Below, piece by piece: positions 8,487-18,700 of a stretch of 24,146 bases of DNA (the stretch's first letter is position 1; the number at the start of each line of letters is the position of its first letter). The stretch is from a virus (taxonomy: Duplodnaviria; Caudoviricetes): the IMG/VR virus record IMGVR_UViG_3300022867_000070, positions 1-24,146 of that record; one strand, written 5' to 3'. The position numbers and the translations under genes were made by a program. The notes below the pieces were generated by a model. The model saw only the letters and a list, made by a program, of their open reading frames with translations, ran no database searches and had not been told where the DNA came from.

Positions 8487-8513
8487 TTTGGCCCCAGCCG
8501 AGGGAGACTTTAT
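8487..8513 (+). repeat. Direct repeat B, copy 2 (27 bp)
   Basis: Identical to 7952-7978; here it runs into ATG 8512 of a 14-codon ORF (MFQDYSDKENIILV*). Confidence 0.95.
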
Positions 8514-8656
8514 GTTTCAAGATTATAGCGACAAAGAAAATATTATCTTAGTTTAATAATACATCTTGGATGTATTTATAGGTTATAGTCGTCGTCGGTG
8601 AACAGAAAAAGGGTAACACTAGAGTAACTGTTTATAGGGCAACGACGATGTGCTTA

Positions 8657-8836
8657 TCACTTAAGTTTTAAATCGTGTGCATAGGCCTGACAATAACGTG
8701 TTTTGCCAGTGTTAGTGTCAATCACAAGATAAGTGGGTTTATCTCCGATTACGACCACCTGATAGCGACCATCTTCAGAGAAAGCGGGTGTGGCAAGAGC
8801 CGAACAAATTACAAATAAACTGATAATTTTCTGCAT
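8657..8836 (-). CDS. Putative secreted small protein (59 aa); absent from the ORF track
   Basis: Manual translation MQKIISLFVICSALATPAFS/EDGRYQVVVIGDKPTYLVIDTNTGKTRYCQAYAHDLKLK*. Sec-type signal peptide ending A-F-S; GAGA RBS-like sequence upstream. Confidence 0.7.
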   Translation of the reverse strand: MQKIISLFVICSALATPAFSEDGRYQVVVIGDKPTYLVIDTNTGKTRYCQAYAHDLKLK

Positions 8837-8985
8837 TTAATAATTTCTCACTGGGTCAAATGTCATGCCTCTTTAGGCAGACGGACTATCAACTATGAAC
8901 AACTGCGGCCACTTGCGAGTGACAACCTCGGCCTGAGCATAACGACAGTCATTTCCCCTTATCAACACAATTTTGGAATTATAAA

Positions 8986-9945
8986 ATGACCAACGTAACA
9001 GCCAGCCGCTTAGGTGCAGCAAACTCTGCAGCGGCTAACTATGCACAGACAAATGCTCTGTTCTTAAAAGTCTTTGCTGGTGAAGTTCTCACAGCATTCG
9101 ACGAAACCAACGTAATGAAAGACTTACACGTCAGCCGAACAATCTCGTCTGGTAAGTCAGCCCAGTTTCCAGTGACAGGTAAAGCTAACGCTGCCTACCA
9201 CACCGTGGGTACACCCCTATTGGGAACACAAACAATTGCTCATAACGAAGTCGTGGTAAACATCGATGACGTTCTGATTGCAGATACATTCATCGCAAAT
9301 ATAGATGAAGCTAAAAACCACTATGACGTTCGTGCAGAGTATTCACGCCTCTTGGGCATGGCTCTCGCCAAACAGTTTGACGTTCGCTTGCTGCAACTTG
9401 CAGTCTTAGCAGCACGTTCCAGTGCTACTGTATCAGGTGGCAATGGCGGCTCAGCAATTACAGACGCTGACGCAGCAACCAACGGCGCATCTCTTGCCGC
9501 GTCAATCTTTGAAGCCGCAAAGGTGTTCGACGAGAAAGACGTACCTGAGAATGAGCGTGTGGCTATCGTAAAGCCAGCACAATACTACAACCTTGTCCAA
9601 ACGACTGATGTTATCAATCGTGATTGGGGCGGGTCAGGCGTATATGCAGACGGCTCTGTCCTAAAGGTTGCTGGTATCCAAATCGTTAAATCGAACAACG
9701 TACCATCAACTAACGTATCTGCAGTGTCTGGTGAGAATAACACCTACCACGGCGACTTCTCGACTACCGTAGCGGTAGTTATGCAGAAGCAAGCCTTGGG
9801 TACTGTTAAACTGATGGACCTCGCTGTTGAGCGTACCTCAGGTGATTTTGAGATTATGTACCAAGGCACTCTTATGGCAGCAAAATATGCCATGGGCCAC
9901 GGTATCTTGCGCCCAGAATGCGCAGTCGAAATCAAATCTGCTTAA
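8986..9945 (+). CDS. Major capsid protein, T7 gp10A-like
   Basis: ALFLKVFAGEVLTAF, RTISSGKSAQFPVTG, NHYDVRAEYSRLLGMALA, AKYAMGHGILRPECAVEI. Confidence 0.97.
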   Translation: MTNVTASRLGAANSAAANYAQTNALFLKVFAGEVLTAFDETNVMKDLHVSRTISSGKSAQFPVTGKANAAYHTVGTPLLGTQTIAHNEVVVNIDDVLIADTFIANIDEAKNHYDVRAEYSRLLGMALAKQFDVRLLQLAVLAARSSATVSGGNGGSAITDADAATNGASLAASIFEAAKVFDEKDVPENERVAIVKPAQYYNLVQTTDVINRDWGGSGVYADGSVLKVAGIQIVKSNNVPSTNVSAVSGENNTYHGDFSTTVAVVMQKQALGTVKLMDLAVERTSGDFEIMYQGTLMAAKYAMGHGILRPECAVEIKSA

Positions 9946-9952
9946 ACTTTTT

Positions 9953-9987
9953 TGGGTTGGCTCTTAACGGGGCCAGCCCATTTTTTT
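9953..9987 (+). terminator. Intrinsic terminator after the capsid gene (T-phi position)
   Basis: Stem TGGGTTGGCTCT / GGGGCCAGCCCA, loop TAAC, followed by T7 (9981-9987). Confidence 0.88.
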
Positions 9988-10003
9988 CTTATGAGAGGAC
10001 ATC

Positions 10004-10594
10004 ATGACAAAACCAACAAGCATGACCGAATTAGAAGCGGTCAACGTCCTACTTACAACTATTGGTGAAAGCCCAGTGAATACACTCTCAGGCAACCAAG
10101 TGACTGACGTTACAATTGCTAGCCAAGTATTGAATGAGGTTAGTCGTGAAGTTCAATCGCAGGGTTGGCACTTCAACACTGAAGATGGCGTAGAGTTATC
10201 ACCGAACGCTACAAATGAAATCTTTGTACCAGCCGATGTTGCAAGAATTGATTCTAATAATTACAACGTTGTGCAGAGAGAAGGTAAACTATTTAATCTT
10301 ACTGACCGAACCTTTTCATTCACGGGAAAAGTAAAGGCTTCAATCGTCTACTTTCAAGACTTTGTTATCCTACCTGATACAGCCAAAAGATACATAACCA
10401 CACGGGCAGCACGCATATATTCAGACCGCATGCTTAACTCTGAAAGCATCCACAAGATGATTGCGCGTGATGAACAAAAAGCCTTCATCGACCTTAAAGC
10501 ATTCGAAGGTGACACTGCTGACTACAACATGATGGATAGCTACGCAGTAGCACGTGTCATGAACCGTGGCTTCAACCAAAGGGTATTAAGCTGA
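10004..10594 (+). CDS. Tail tubular protein A, T7 gp11-like
   Basis: TELEAVNVLLTTIGESPVNTL, VQSQGWHFNTE, YITTRAARIY; RBS GAGGA; directly after the capsid gene. Confidence 0.93.
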   Translation: MTKPTSMTELEAVNVLLTTIGESPVNTLSGNQVTDVTIASQVLNEVSREVQSQGWHFNTEDGVELSPNATNEIFVPADVARIDSNNYNVVQREGKLFNLTDRTFSFTGKVKASIVYFQDFVILPDTAKRYITTRAARIYSDRMLNSESIHKMIARDEQKAFIDLKAFEGDTADYNMMDSYAVARVMNRGFNQRVLS

Positions 10595-12963
10595 TGGCAA
10601 TGATGAGTTCTGCCATCCCCAACCTAATCCAAGGCATCTCTCAACAGTCCCCAGCTTTGCGGCTTTCATCACAAGCTGAGAACCAAGTGAATGCCTTCCC
10701 CAGTTTGGTTGAAGGCTTATTAAAGCGACCACCGCTAGAACACGTGGCAATCATGAGTAACTCCGAAACTACGGGGTCATTCACACACCTAATTAACCGT
10801 GACGTAAATGAACGCTATTTTGTGTTTTTCAACGCCAGCAATCAGATTTCAGTCTATGACCTCGCAGGTAATGCAAAAACGGTAACGTACCCCAATGGGA
10901 CAACTTATCTGAACAGCACTACACCAGCGACAGACTTTAGAGCCGTGACCGTTGCGGACTACACGTACATCGTGAACACTTCCCAAACGACAGCAATGGC
11001 AAACCTACTATCACCAATCTACCCCTACACAGGTCTCATCTCAGTAAAACAAGGTGACTATAATCAACGATACACAGTTTATCTGGATGGTTCGTTAGCA
11101 GCCGACATCACAACAAGCGCCTCTGACCAAATGCAAACCCGAACCGATGATATTGCGACACGCCTTGCATCAGCCATAAACGGACAAAGCGGATTCACAT
11201 CCTCTGCTGACGGCTCAACCGTAGTCATTAGTAAGACCGGGAACGCCTCTTTCGACCTCGCCACCTATGACAGCTTAGGTGACACGGGTCTTTCGCCAAC
11301 CGTTGGCACAGTACAGCGGTTTGATGGCCTCCCTGCTCGTGCGCCAGAAGGCTATATCGCCCACGTTCAAGGTGACCAGACAAATGACTTTGATGATTAC
11401 TATGTGAAATTTGTTTCCGACAACAGCTCCCAAGTCAAAGTTGGCAACGGCACATGGATTGAATGGATAAAACCAAACATCAAATATGAAATTGATGCCA
11501 CTACCATGCCACATCTTTTGATTAGACAATCAGATGGCTCGTTTACATTCGAACAAGCGTCTTGGGGCGACAGAGCAGTTGGGGATGAAACATCCATACC
11601 GACGCCATCGTTTGTAGGAAACAAGATTTCAGACGTCTTCTTCTTCCAAAATAGGCTTGGTCTGTTGGCAGAAGAAAATGTCATCATGTCGAGGACATCA
11701 GAGTATTTCGATTTCTTCGCCACAACAGCCAGAAGCCTATTAGATAACGACCCAATTGATGTTGCAGCCAGCCATACAAAGGTTTCGCTGCTTAAACACG
11801 CAATTCCATTTGACCGAAAACTACTCCTGTTTTCCGACCAGACGCAGTTCATTCTCAAAGGCGCTGACTTTATCACACCCAAGAACACGTCAATTAGCCA
11901 AACCACCGAATATGAAAGTAGCACCACTGCAAAACCAGCACCCGCTGGCAGCGTTGTGTATTTTCCTGCAACCCGTGGTGGCTTCACTTCGGTACGTGAA
12001 TATTACGTTATCGATGACACCGACAGGTCTGACGCCGTTGATGTTACTTCGCATGTCTCAAAGCTGGTGCCTGAAGGTGTCTATTCTATGACGGCAAGTA
12101 CGTCAGAGAATGCACTTGTTTGCCTAACAACAGAGGATACATCAGCAGCTTACATCTACAAATATCATGTTGCTGGCCGCGAGAAGGTTCAGTCCGCTTG
12201 GTTTAAATACACCTTCGATAGTATGACCATATTAAATGCTCAGTTTATCGAAAGTGCGCTCTATGTCGTGGGCAACAAGAGCGGGAAAACTGTCTTAGTT
12301 TTGATCCACTTTGATGAAGGACGGTTCGATACGGACCAAAGTTACGTCACGCGGCTAGATTACCGCTTCGCCGAAACGGCGCTCACACGCTCATACGACA
12401 GCGTGTCAGCGCAAACTACAATCACCACGCCTTACGAGCTATCTTCGCCTGTCGTGGTCACACGCGGCTCAACGCAAGGCACTGTGCTATCACAAGTCTC
12501 GGCGACTGGCAGCACCATTGTTGTGGCTGGCGACCACACGGCCACAGATATGTATGTCGGTGAACCGTACACCATGACCTATGAGTTCTCAGAACCAACC
12601 CTGAAAGAACCAACGGCCAACGGTGGCCGAATTGCTATTTCTGGTGGTCGGCTGCAAATCAAACACTGGCTCTTACGCTATCAAGACAGCGGTGATTTCA
12701 CGGTCAAAGTTGAACCACGCTATAAACCGTTAGAAGTCTACGGACTTGGAGGAACTTATGATTACACAGGGCGAGTAATTGGTGGCGGTGCAGGCGTTTT
12801 AGGAACGACCACACTGGCCTCCGGTGACTTTAGGTTTCCTGTAATGTCGAAGTCCGACCGCCTTCGAGTAATAATCGAAAGTGATAGCCACCTACCCTGT
12901 CAGTTCTTATCAGCTGAGTGGGAAGGCAACATGCACCTCAGAAGCAGAAGAGTTAATGGATAA
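10594..12963 (+). CDS. Tail tubular protein B, T7 gp12-like
   Basis: IPNLIQGISQQ, GLLKRPP, PSFVGNKISDVFFFQNRLGLL, DPIDVAAS, LLLFSDQTQF, QSAWFKY, SAEWEG. Confidence 0.95.
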   Translation: MAMMSSAIPNLIQGISQQSPALRLSSQAENQVNAFPSLVEGLLKRPPLEHVAIMSNSETTGSFTHLINRDVNERYFVFFNASNQISVYDLAGNAKTVTYPNGTTYLNSTTPATDFRAVTVADYTYIVNTSQTTAMANLLSPIYPYTGLISVKQGDYNQRYTVYLDGSLAADITTSASDQMQTRTDDIATRLASAINGQSGFTSSADGSTVVISKTGNASFDLATYDSLGDTGLSPTVGTVQRFDGLPARAPEGYIAHVQGDQTNDFDDYYVKFVSDNSSQVKVGNGTWIEWIKPNIKYEIDATTMPHLLIRQSDGSFTFEQASWGDRAVGDETSIPTPSFVGNKISDVFFFQNRLGLLAEENVIMSRTSEYFDFFATTARSLLDNDPIDVAASHTKVSLLKHAIPFDRKLLLFSDQTQFILKGADFITPKNTSISQTTEYESSTTAKPAPAGSVVYFPATRGGFTSVREYYVIDDTDRSDAVDVTSHVSKLVPEGVYSMTASTSENALVCLTTEDTSAAYIYKYHVAGREKVQSAWFKYTFDSMTILNAQFIESALYVVGNKSGKTVLVLIHFDEGRFDTDQSYVTRLDYRFAETALTRSYDSVSAQTTITTPYELSSPVVVTRGSTQGTVLSQVSATGSTIVVAGDHTATDMYVGEPYTMTYEFSEPTLKEPTANGGRIAISGGRLQIKHWLLRYQDSGDFTVKVEPRYKPLEVYGLGGTYDYTGRVIGGGAGVLGTTTLASGDFRFPVMSKSDRLRVIIESDSHLPCQFLSAEWEGNMHLRSRRVNG

Positions 12964-13426
12964 ATTACTTACACCGACGACGGTGGAAGACATTGACTAC
13001 GTATCCCCAAGATTACGCCAAGCAGATTACAACGAATGTCTTGCCTCAACAGGTCAGAAGCCTCGTGGTGTACTGCATAAAGGTCTAACTCTTGGGGATA
13101 TATCGCTGACCCTACGGGCACCCAATGGTGACCGTGTGGGTCTGTGCGGTGTAGTCTCCTGTCCTTCCATACCCCAAGCAGGAGTTGTTTGGATGGTCGC
13201 CACAGATGACATCTATCAGCACCAAACAACATTCCTGCGAAACTCAAAGAAAGCACTACAGGAACTTTCGGAGGATTATTTGGTCCTCTTCAACTGTGTA
13301 GATGCCCGAAACACCGTCCACATCAAGTGGCTTCGTTGGATGGGCTTCACGTTCATCAACAAGCACCCAAATTATGGAGCCGAAAAACGGCTCTTCTATG
13401 AATTTGTGAGGATAAATAATGTGTGA
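12956..13426 (+). CDS. T7 gp13-like internal virion protein A (DUF2833-like)
   Basis: Start probably ATG 12956 overlapping the gp12 end; LRQADYNEC, VWMVAT, LFNCVDARNTVHIKWLRWMGFTF; synteny. Confidence 0.85.
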   Translation: MDKLLTPTTVEDIDYVSPRLRQADYNECLASTGQKPRGVLHKGLTLGDISLTLRAPNGDRVGLCGVVSCPSIPQAGVVWMVATDDIYQHQTTFLRNSKKALQELSEDYLVLFNCVDARNTVHIKWLRWMGFTFINKHPNYGAEKRLFYEFVRINNV

Positions 13427-13967
13427 CCCCGCAACAGCAATCATGGTTGTTAAAGGTGTGACGGCAGTGGCCGGAGCAGCAGCATCAGTGGAAAAAACTA
13501 ACAACAAAAACCAGCAATATTCAGACAATGTAGCTGCTTCAAAAGACGCATACTTTCTTAAAACGAAGCAAGCAAACCTACGTGTAATTCAAGACCAAAC
13601 CCAAGCATCCCAAAAGCTACAAGACGCAGACCTCAAGGCTATACAGTCCCAAGGTACAGCCATTGCAGCTGCAGGTGGTGCGGGCGTTCAAGGTGTAAAC
13701 GTAGACCAGCTTATTAACGACTTTGAGCGTTCTGAGGGTGTCCTCGCTGACCGCACCATGCAGAAGCTGGAGAACATCCAAGCACAGAACGAGATAACCA
13801 AGCTGAGTTATCAGAGTGAAGCTATCAACCGCATCAACTCTATTCAGCCTGTTGGCTACGCTGAAGCAATGGCTGGCGTCATTGAGCCACTTGGTAGTTT
13901 CGCAATCGATTCATTCGGACGAAGCGAAGCCCGTGCAGAAGCTCAAGGAGTAGACCCAAATGGCTAG
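13419..13967 (+). CDS. Internal virion protein B, T7 gp14-like
   Basis: MCDP start, Ala/Gly/Gln-rich, AAAGGAGVQGVNVDQL; size and synteny. Confidence 0.8.
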   Translation: MCDPATAIMVVKGVTAVAGAAASVEKTNNKNQQYSDNVAASKDAYFLKTKQANLRVIQDQTQASQKLQDADLKAIQSQGTAIAAAGGAGVQGVNVDQLINDFERSEGVLADRTMQKLENIQAQNEITKLSYQSEAINRINSIQPVGYAEAMAGVIEPLGSFAIDSFGRSEARAEAQGVDPNG

Positions 13968-15702
13968 ACAAGTTATTGGCAATCCGTTTGCCAACCAAAT
14001 CCCAACCGTATCTGCGACTGCGCAACCTGTGGAAACCTTCACTCCTGCTATACTGAAAAAGGGTAACTTGGAGAGCCTATCGGCACTTCTCACAAGCCTT
14101 GAGACGAAAGCGACCCCTGTCCTTGAGGCGGCAGAAGAGCGTAAAGCCAAAGCAGAATATGCTGCAGGTGTTGAACTTTACAACACAACACGTGTGGCAA
14201 TTGGTGACGCTGTTCGAGACGGCATTATTGCTGAGGGCGACAGCCCCTATCTGCGTAAAGGCTATCGGATTTCGCACCTTAATGCGATGTCTGCTCGTTA
14301 CACCGAAGAGTTAAATGACGCTTTAGAAATAAAGAAGCTGTACAAAAACGGTAACCCCGACAGCATCGATGACTTCACAACCAAATTCTATGAGAGCTTC
14401 CAGCAAGACAATGGATTTGCGGGTCATAGTGACGTTGAAGTTGCCGAATACTTCTCAACTACAGCGTCTAAAGCCAACGAAGCATTTAGAGCCTCGTGGG
14501 CTGATAAACATCGTGATTGGCAGAAAAACCAGAACTATGCTGCGTGGGCCAATGAAACCTCTACTTACATTCTTACAATGTACAAAGAGGAAGATACTGA
14601 GGAACAACGAGCTACAAAAGAGGCGACGTTTGTTAATTGGGTGAATGGTCGGATTAAAGCCGCTGAAGTCGACGGCATGAATAGAGAAAAGGTCAACGAG
14701 ACCATTCTCAACAGTGTCATCCTTGCGGCTTATAAAGCTAACGACACAAGTATGCTCGATAGCCTTGAGGGTGTCATCACAGGTACTGGGTCTTTAGCTA
14801 CAAACCTCAAAGCTGCGACGGCAGTGTATGAGGCCCGTGCCGACATTAGTACCAACATTGCCAAAAAAGAGAAAGATGAGGCTAATGCGAGGCTAGCACA
14901 AAACAATGCAAATGTTTCGTCTCTTGAGGCTGGAATTACTGCCAAAATAACTCAAGCAGCCACGTCAACAGGTACGGCTCTCGTCCAGCTTAATCAAGAC
15001 ATCGACGCAGAGATGGTAGAATTATACCGAGCAGGGCGAAGGGGTAACGCGAAAGCCGCAACCCTATACCGAAGCATGGTAAGTTTTAGAAATAGTCAGG
15101 ACAAATCTGGTGCAGAGTTCCGTGGCGATGCCGACAAAGCGCACGCGACAGTAATGAACGAATTAAAGAATTTCACCGATGTTGCTAAAGTTTACGATTA
15201 CCTCGCGCTGCAAGTGGCGCTCGGTACAATACCTGCAAAATCAGAAGGTGCGTTACTTTCTCAATGGAACACTGTCTACAACAGCGGGGAAGAGATGGGC
15301 CTTGATTGGTTGACCGCTGGGTCAGCAGCTAAAGACCTTAAATCCAGCTTCATTAACTCTGTAACAACAGCCGCAAGCCTCGTGCCAGACGGCACATCAG
15401 GTGAACTTGCACTACAAGCTGGAGTTCGGTTCGATAAATATTATCAGGAACTTAAACTTGATTGGATGGAAACCAACCCAGACAAAAAGTTCACTCCTGG
15501 CATCCAATATCAAATAGCGGCTCAGGCAGTTGATTTAGCCAAAAAATCAACAGTTCCAATGGATGTAATTCAGTCTGTTGGGCAAACTATTTCGGTCAAC
15601 CAAAACATATCAGATGCATTGAGTGCCGCACAAACGAGTGCAGACGGAAGTGGCGTAGCCGCAACTTCTGATGCCCTCATCTCCATAATAGAAGGAAATT
15701 AA
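13960..15702 (+). CDS. Internal virion protein C, T7 gp15-like
   Basis: 580-aa helical, Ala-rich ORF between the gp14- and gp16-like genes; called by synteny. Confidence 0.7.
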   Translation: MARQVIGNPFANQIPTVSATAQPVETFTPAILKKGNLESLSALLTSLETKATPVLEAAEERKAKAEYAAGVELYNTTRVAIGDAVRDGIIAEGDSPYLRKGYRISHLNAMSARYTEELNDALEIKKLYKNGNPDSIDDFTTKFYESFQQDNGFAGHSDVEVAEYFSTTASKANEAFRASWADKHRDWQKNQNYAAWANETSTYILTMYKEEDTEEQRATKEATFVNWVNGRIKAAEVDGMNREKVNETILNSVILAAYKANDTSMLDSLEGVITGTGSLATNLKAATAVYEARADISTNIAKKEKDEANARLAQNNANVSSLEAGITAKITQAATSTGTALVQLNQDIDAEMVELYRAGRRGNAKAATLYRSMVSFRNSQDKSGAEFRGDADKAHATVMNELKNFTDVAKVYDYLALQVALGTIPAKSEGALLSQWNTVYNSGEEMGLDWLTAGSAAKDLKSSFINSVTTAASLVPDGTSGELALQAGVRFDKYYQELKLDWMETNPDKKFTPGIQYQIAAQAVDLAKKSTVPMDVIQSVGQTISVNQNISDALSAAQTSADGSGVAATSDALISIIEGN

Positions 15703-15704
15703 TA

Positions 15705-18700
15705 ATGGCTGAGGAAACACAACCCGAAGTCCGTATCCTTCCAGACCAAGCAGCACTCGACAGAGCAAAAGACGTTTTAATGCAGAACGGCGGGGCCAAC
15801 GTCTCAATGTTCGACCAAGTGTATGGTCAGGGCGCAGCACTTAAAGTTCTGCAGGGGCAATACGAACTACCACCCCCACCCGAAGAACCAAATATGTTCA
15901 GTAACTTTGTAGACGGGGCGCAGGATGTTCTAAGCGGTATTGTACGAGGTGCTATTGGCGCTGGTGCAGAAGCTCGGCAAACATATGAAAACTTTGGAGC
16001 AGTCACGCCTGAGCAGTTTGAAGCCACGCTGAACAACTTCATCGCAAAGCAAGAAGAAGCACGAGGGAACCTCTTTACTCAAAAAGAGAAAGACATGGCG
16101 TTTCTAGAGCAGCGGTCAAAGTACGATAAAATGGGTATCAATATCTCGAACCCAGAAGACCGCGTAGATTATAACGCTGACACTGCCCTCACAAACATTG
16201 TTACTGCCACAGGTGGCGCAGTTGACCTAACTGAGACGCTTGGCACGCCAGACACAATGGCGGGTCAGCTTGCAGAAGGCTTCGCTCAATTCGCCACTGC
16301 ATATTATGCGCTTGGTGGTGGCAGAAGTATTCTTGCTGGTCTTGGGAAAGGCGCGGCGGCAGATGCCACTGCCTTTGACCCTTACGACGCCAACATTTCA
16401 GCATTCATGCAGGAAAACGAGTGGGCAGTCCCATACTTAACAGAAGCACTGGCAACCGATGCTAATGCTACTGAATGGGAAAATAGACTGCGAAACTCAG
16501 TAGAAGGTGGCATACTCGGTGTTGGTCTGGAAGGTATCGTGGCGGTTATCAAGCTGGCACGTGGCACCTCAAAGGCGAAACTAGAAATAACCGAAACTGG
16601 CGCTGTATCTAAGGAAACTGCTGCCGAAATTGCAGACGCTGAAACAACCATCAAGACATTCGATGAGTTGGCAGCAAACGGCAAACCCAAAGGCCAAATG
16701 GTTGAGGGGATGTTTACCACCCCTGACGGTATGAAGTTCGACCCATCAACGGGAAACCGAAGGGTAGACCTTGAGGCTCCAAAGCCAGAGGCCGTAGCGC
16801 CGAAAATTGATGTACCTGTACAACCAGATGCGCCCGATATTGGCTCCATACCAGAAATCAGACCTGACGCCCCTACTGTGCCAGAAGTCCAAACTACAGC
16901 GCCAGCACAACCAAAGGCACCCTCTGAGGTCATTAATACTCAAGCTCTACGGAACATTACTGACCAAGCTAGGAAGACGAACGAAATTGTTCCTCTGAGC
17001 AGCTTGGACATGGAAGGTAATGATATTGGTCTGTTCAACTGGAACAATATGGACGGACCACCTGACGCCCTAAAGATGATGGATGCTACGCAGCAAGCGT
17101 TATCGGACACTGGTGTCCTTAAAGGCATGGGCTTGGAAAAAGTTGAAACACACAACCAAGTGTTCGATGAAGCGACCAAAGACCTTGCAGAGATTGTGGA
17201 CGCAAACCCCGATGAAATACGGGGGGCGTTTCTAGATGCTGAGAAAGTAACCCGCAAAAGCGCACAGCGTATCGTAGCGGGTAAAATGCTTCTACAGTCT
17301 ACTGGACGCAGAATTTCTGACCTCTCAGAAGTTATTGCCAAAATGAGTAAAACTCGTGATGTCGATACGGCAGTTGAGCGGCAGCTGGTTGATTTGCTAA
17401 AGCTACACGCTGACGTACAGGCATCTGTGAAGGGCATCCAAACTGCGACTGCCCGTGCTGTTTCAGCAGGAAGAATTAGAACGGCAGATGCACTAGATGA
17501 TGTCGCATTAGACCGCCTGATGGAATTTGGTGGCTCTAATCAGGTAAGGCGACTAGCCAAGCAAATTCAGGGTGCTAAGGGCAACCCAAAGGCTCAAGCC
17601 AAGATTATTCGCAAAGCCAACGAGAACAAGATTTTTGGTGTCCTCAACGAGGTTTGGCTTAACGCCATCCTTTCAGGACCACGAACACATATACTCAACA
17701 TGGGTGCCAACGGCTTTAACCTCTTAATCCGCCCCGGCATTCGAGCCGTTGGTGGTACGCTTACAGGCAACATGCAAGTCGCTGAGGAAGGCGTAAGGCA
17801 ATATGCATATCTCATCTCCGAAATTACGGACAGCTTGCGATATGTGGCCACCCTTTCCGCTCAGGGCAAAGACAGCGCCATCGAAAACACCCTGAAATCA
17901 TGGTGGACGGGTGAAGGTGTCCTAGACACTGCAACCAAATTTGACCCCACCAAGGGAAAAGGCCGTGCTATTTCGACAGATAGAGGTGGTGTGTCAGGCT
18001 TTGCGATAAACACCTTAGGTAAAGGTTTAACCTTATCCAATCGTTTCCTGACAGCTGAAGACGAGTTCTTTAAGCAAACCATCTTTAGGTCACGCATGCG
18101 AGCAATGGTCATGAGCCAAGCAAGGCGACTGACTACAGACCAGTTGGATTCTTTAGGATACGCGAACAAAGATGCGTACATCGATGGTGAAATAACCAAG
18201 GCTATCAACTCTAAAGAAAGTCTTACCGAAAAGTTTGAGCAAATGGTCAGAGAGGGCAAAATCTTAGATGATGAAGCCACCAAGGCTGAGTTTATCAAAA
18301 AGAACACAGGCACATTCAATCATACCAGCAAAGTAGCGGTTAAGGCGATTGATGAGGCACGTGAAAGCACATTTACAACGCCGCTAAGGTCAGGAACATT
18401 TTCAGCCAAAACGCAGCAAATGATTTCAAACTTTCCTTTACTGCGCCAAATTATGCCTTTTGTTCAGACCCCTACAAACATCCTTCGGGTTTCGTTTGAG
18501 CGCATTCCTGTATTGAACCTAGTGATGCAAAAGCAGCGGGACATTGTGTTTCGTGGTGCAGGTACAGCCGATGAACGTGCGATTGTTATGGGGAATATGG
18601 CGTTAGGAGCCGCAGCTGGCGCATATGCTTATAATCTTGCCATGAACGGTAAGATTACAGGTGGTGGGCCTTCATACACTTCAGATAGCAACAAGGCTAA

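Noticed and set aside
7952-8513. 27-bp repeats as a CRISPR array
   Set aside because: Only two copies, 508 nt apart with a gene between them; no cas genes in the window.
6860-8660. Integron gene cassettes with attC sites (TAACTG follows two of the genes)
   Set aside because: No RYYYAAC...GTTRRRY-bounded palindromes in the right order, no integron integrase, and the genes carry their own promoters.
9900-10003. T7 10B-type frameshift extension of the capsid protein
   Set aside because: The terminator follows the stop immediately and the next gene starts 58 nt later, leaving no room for an extension domain.
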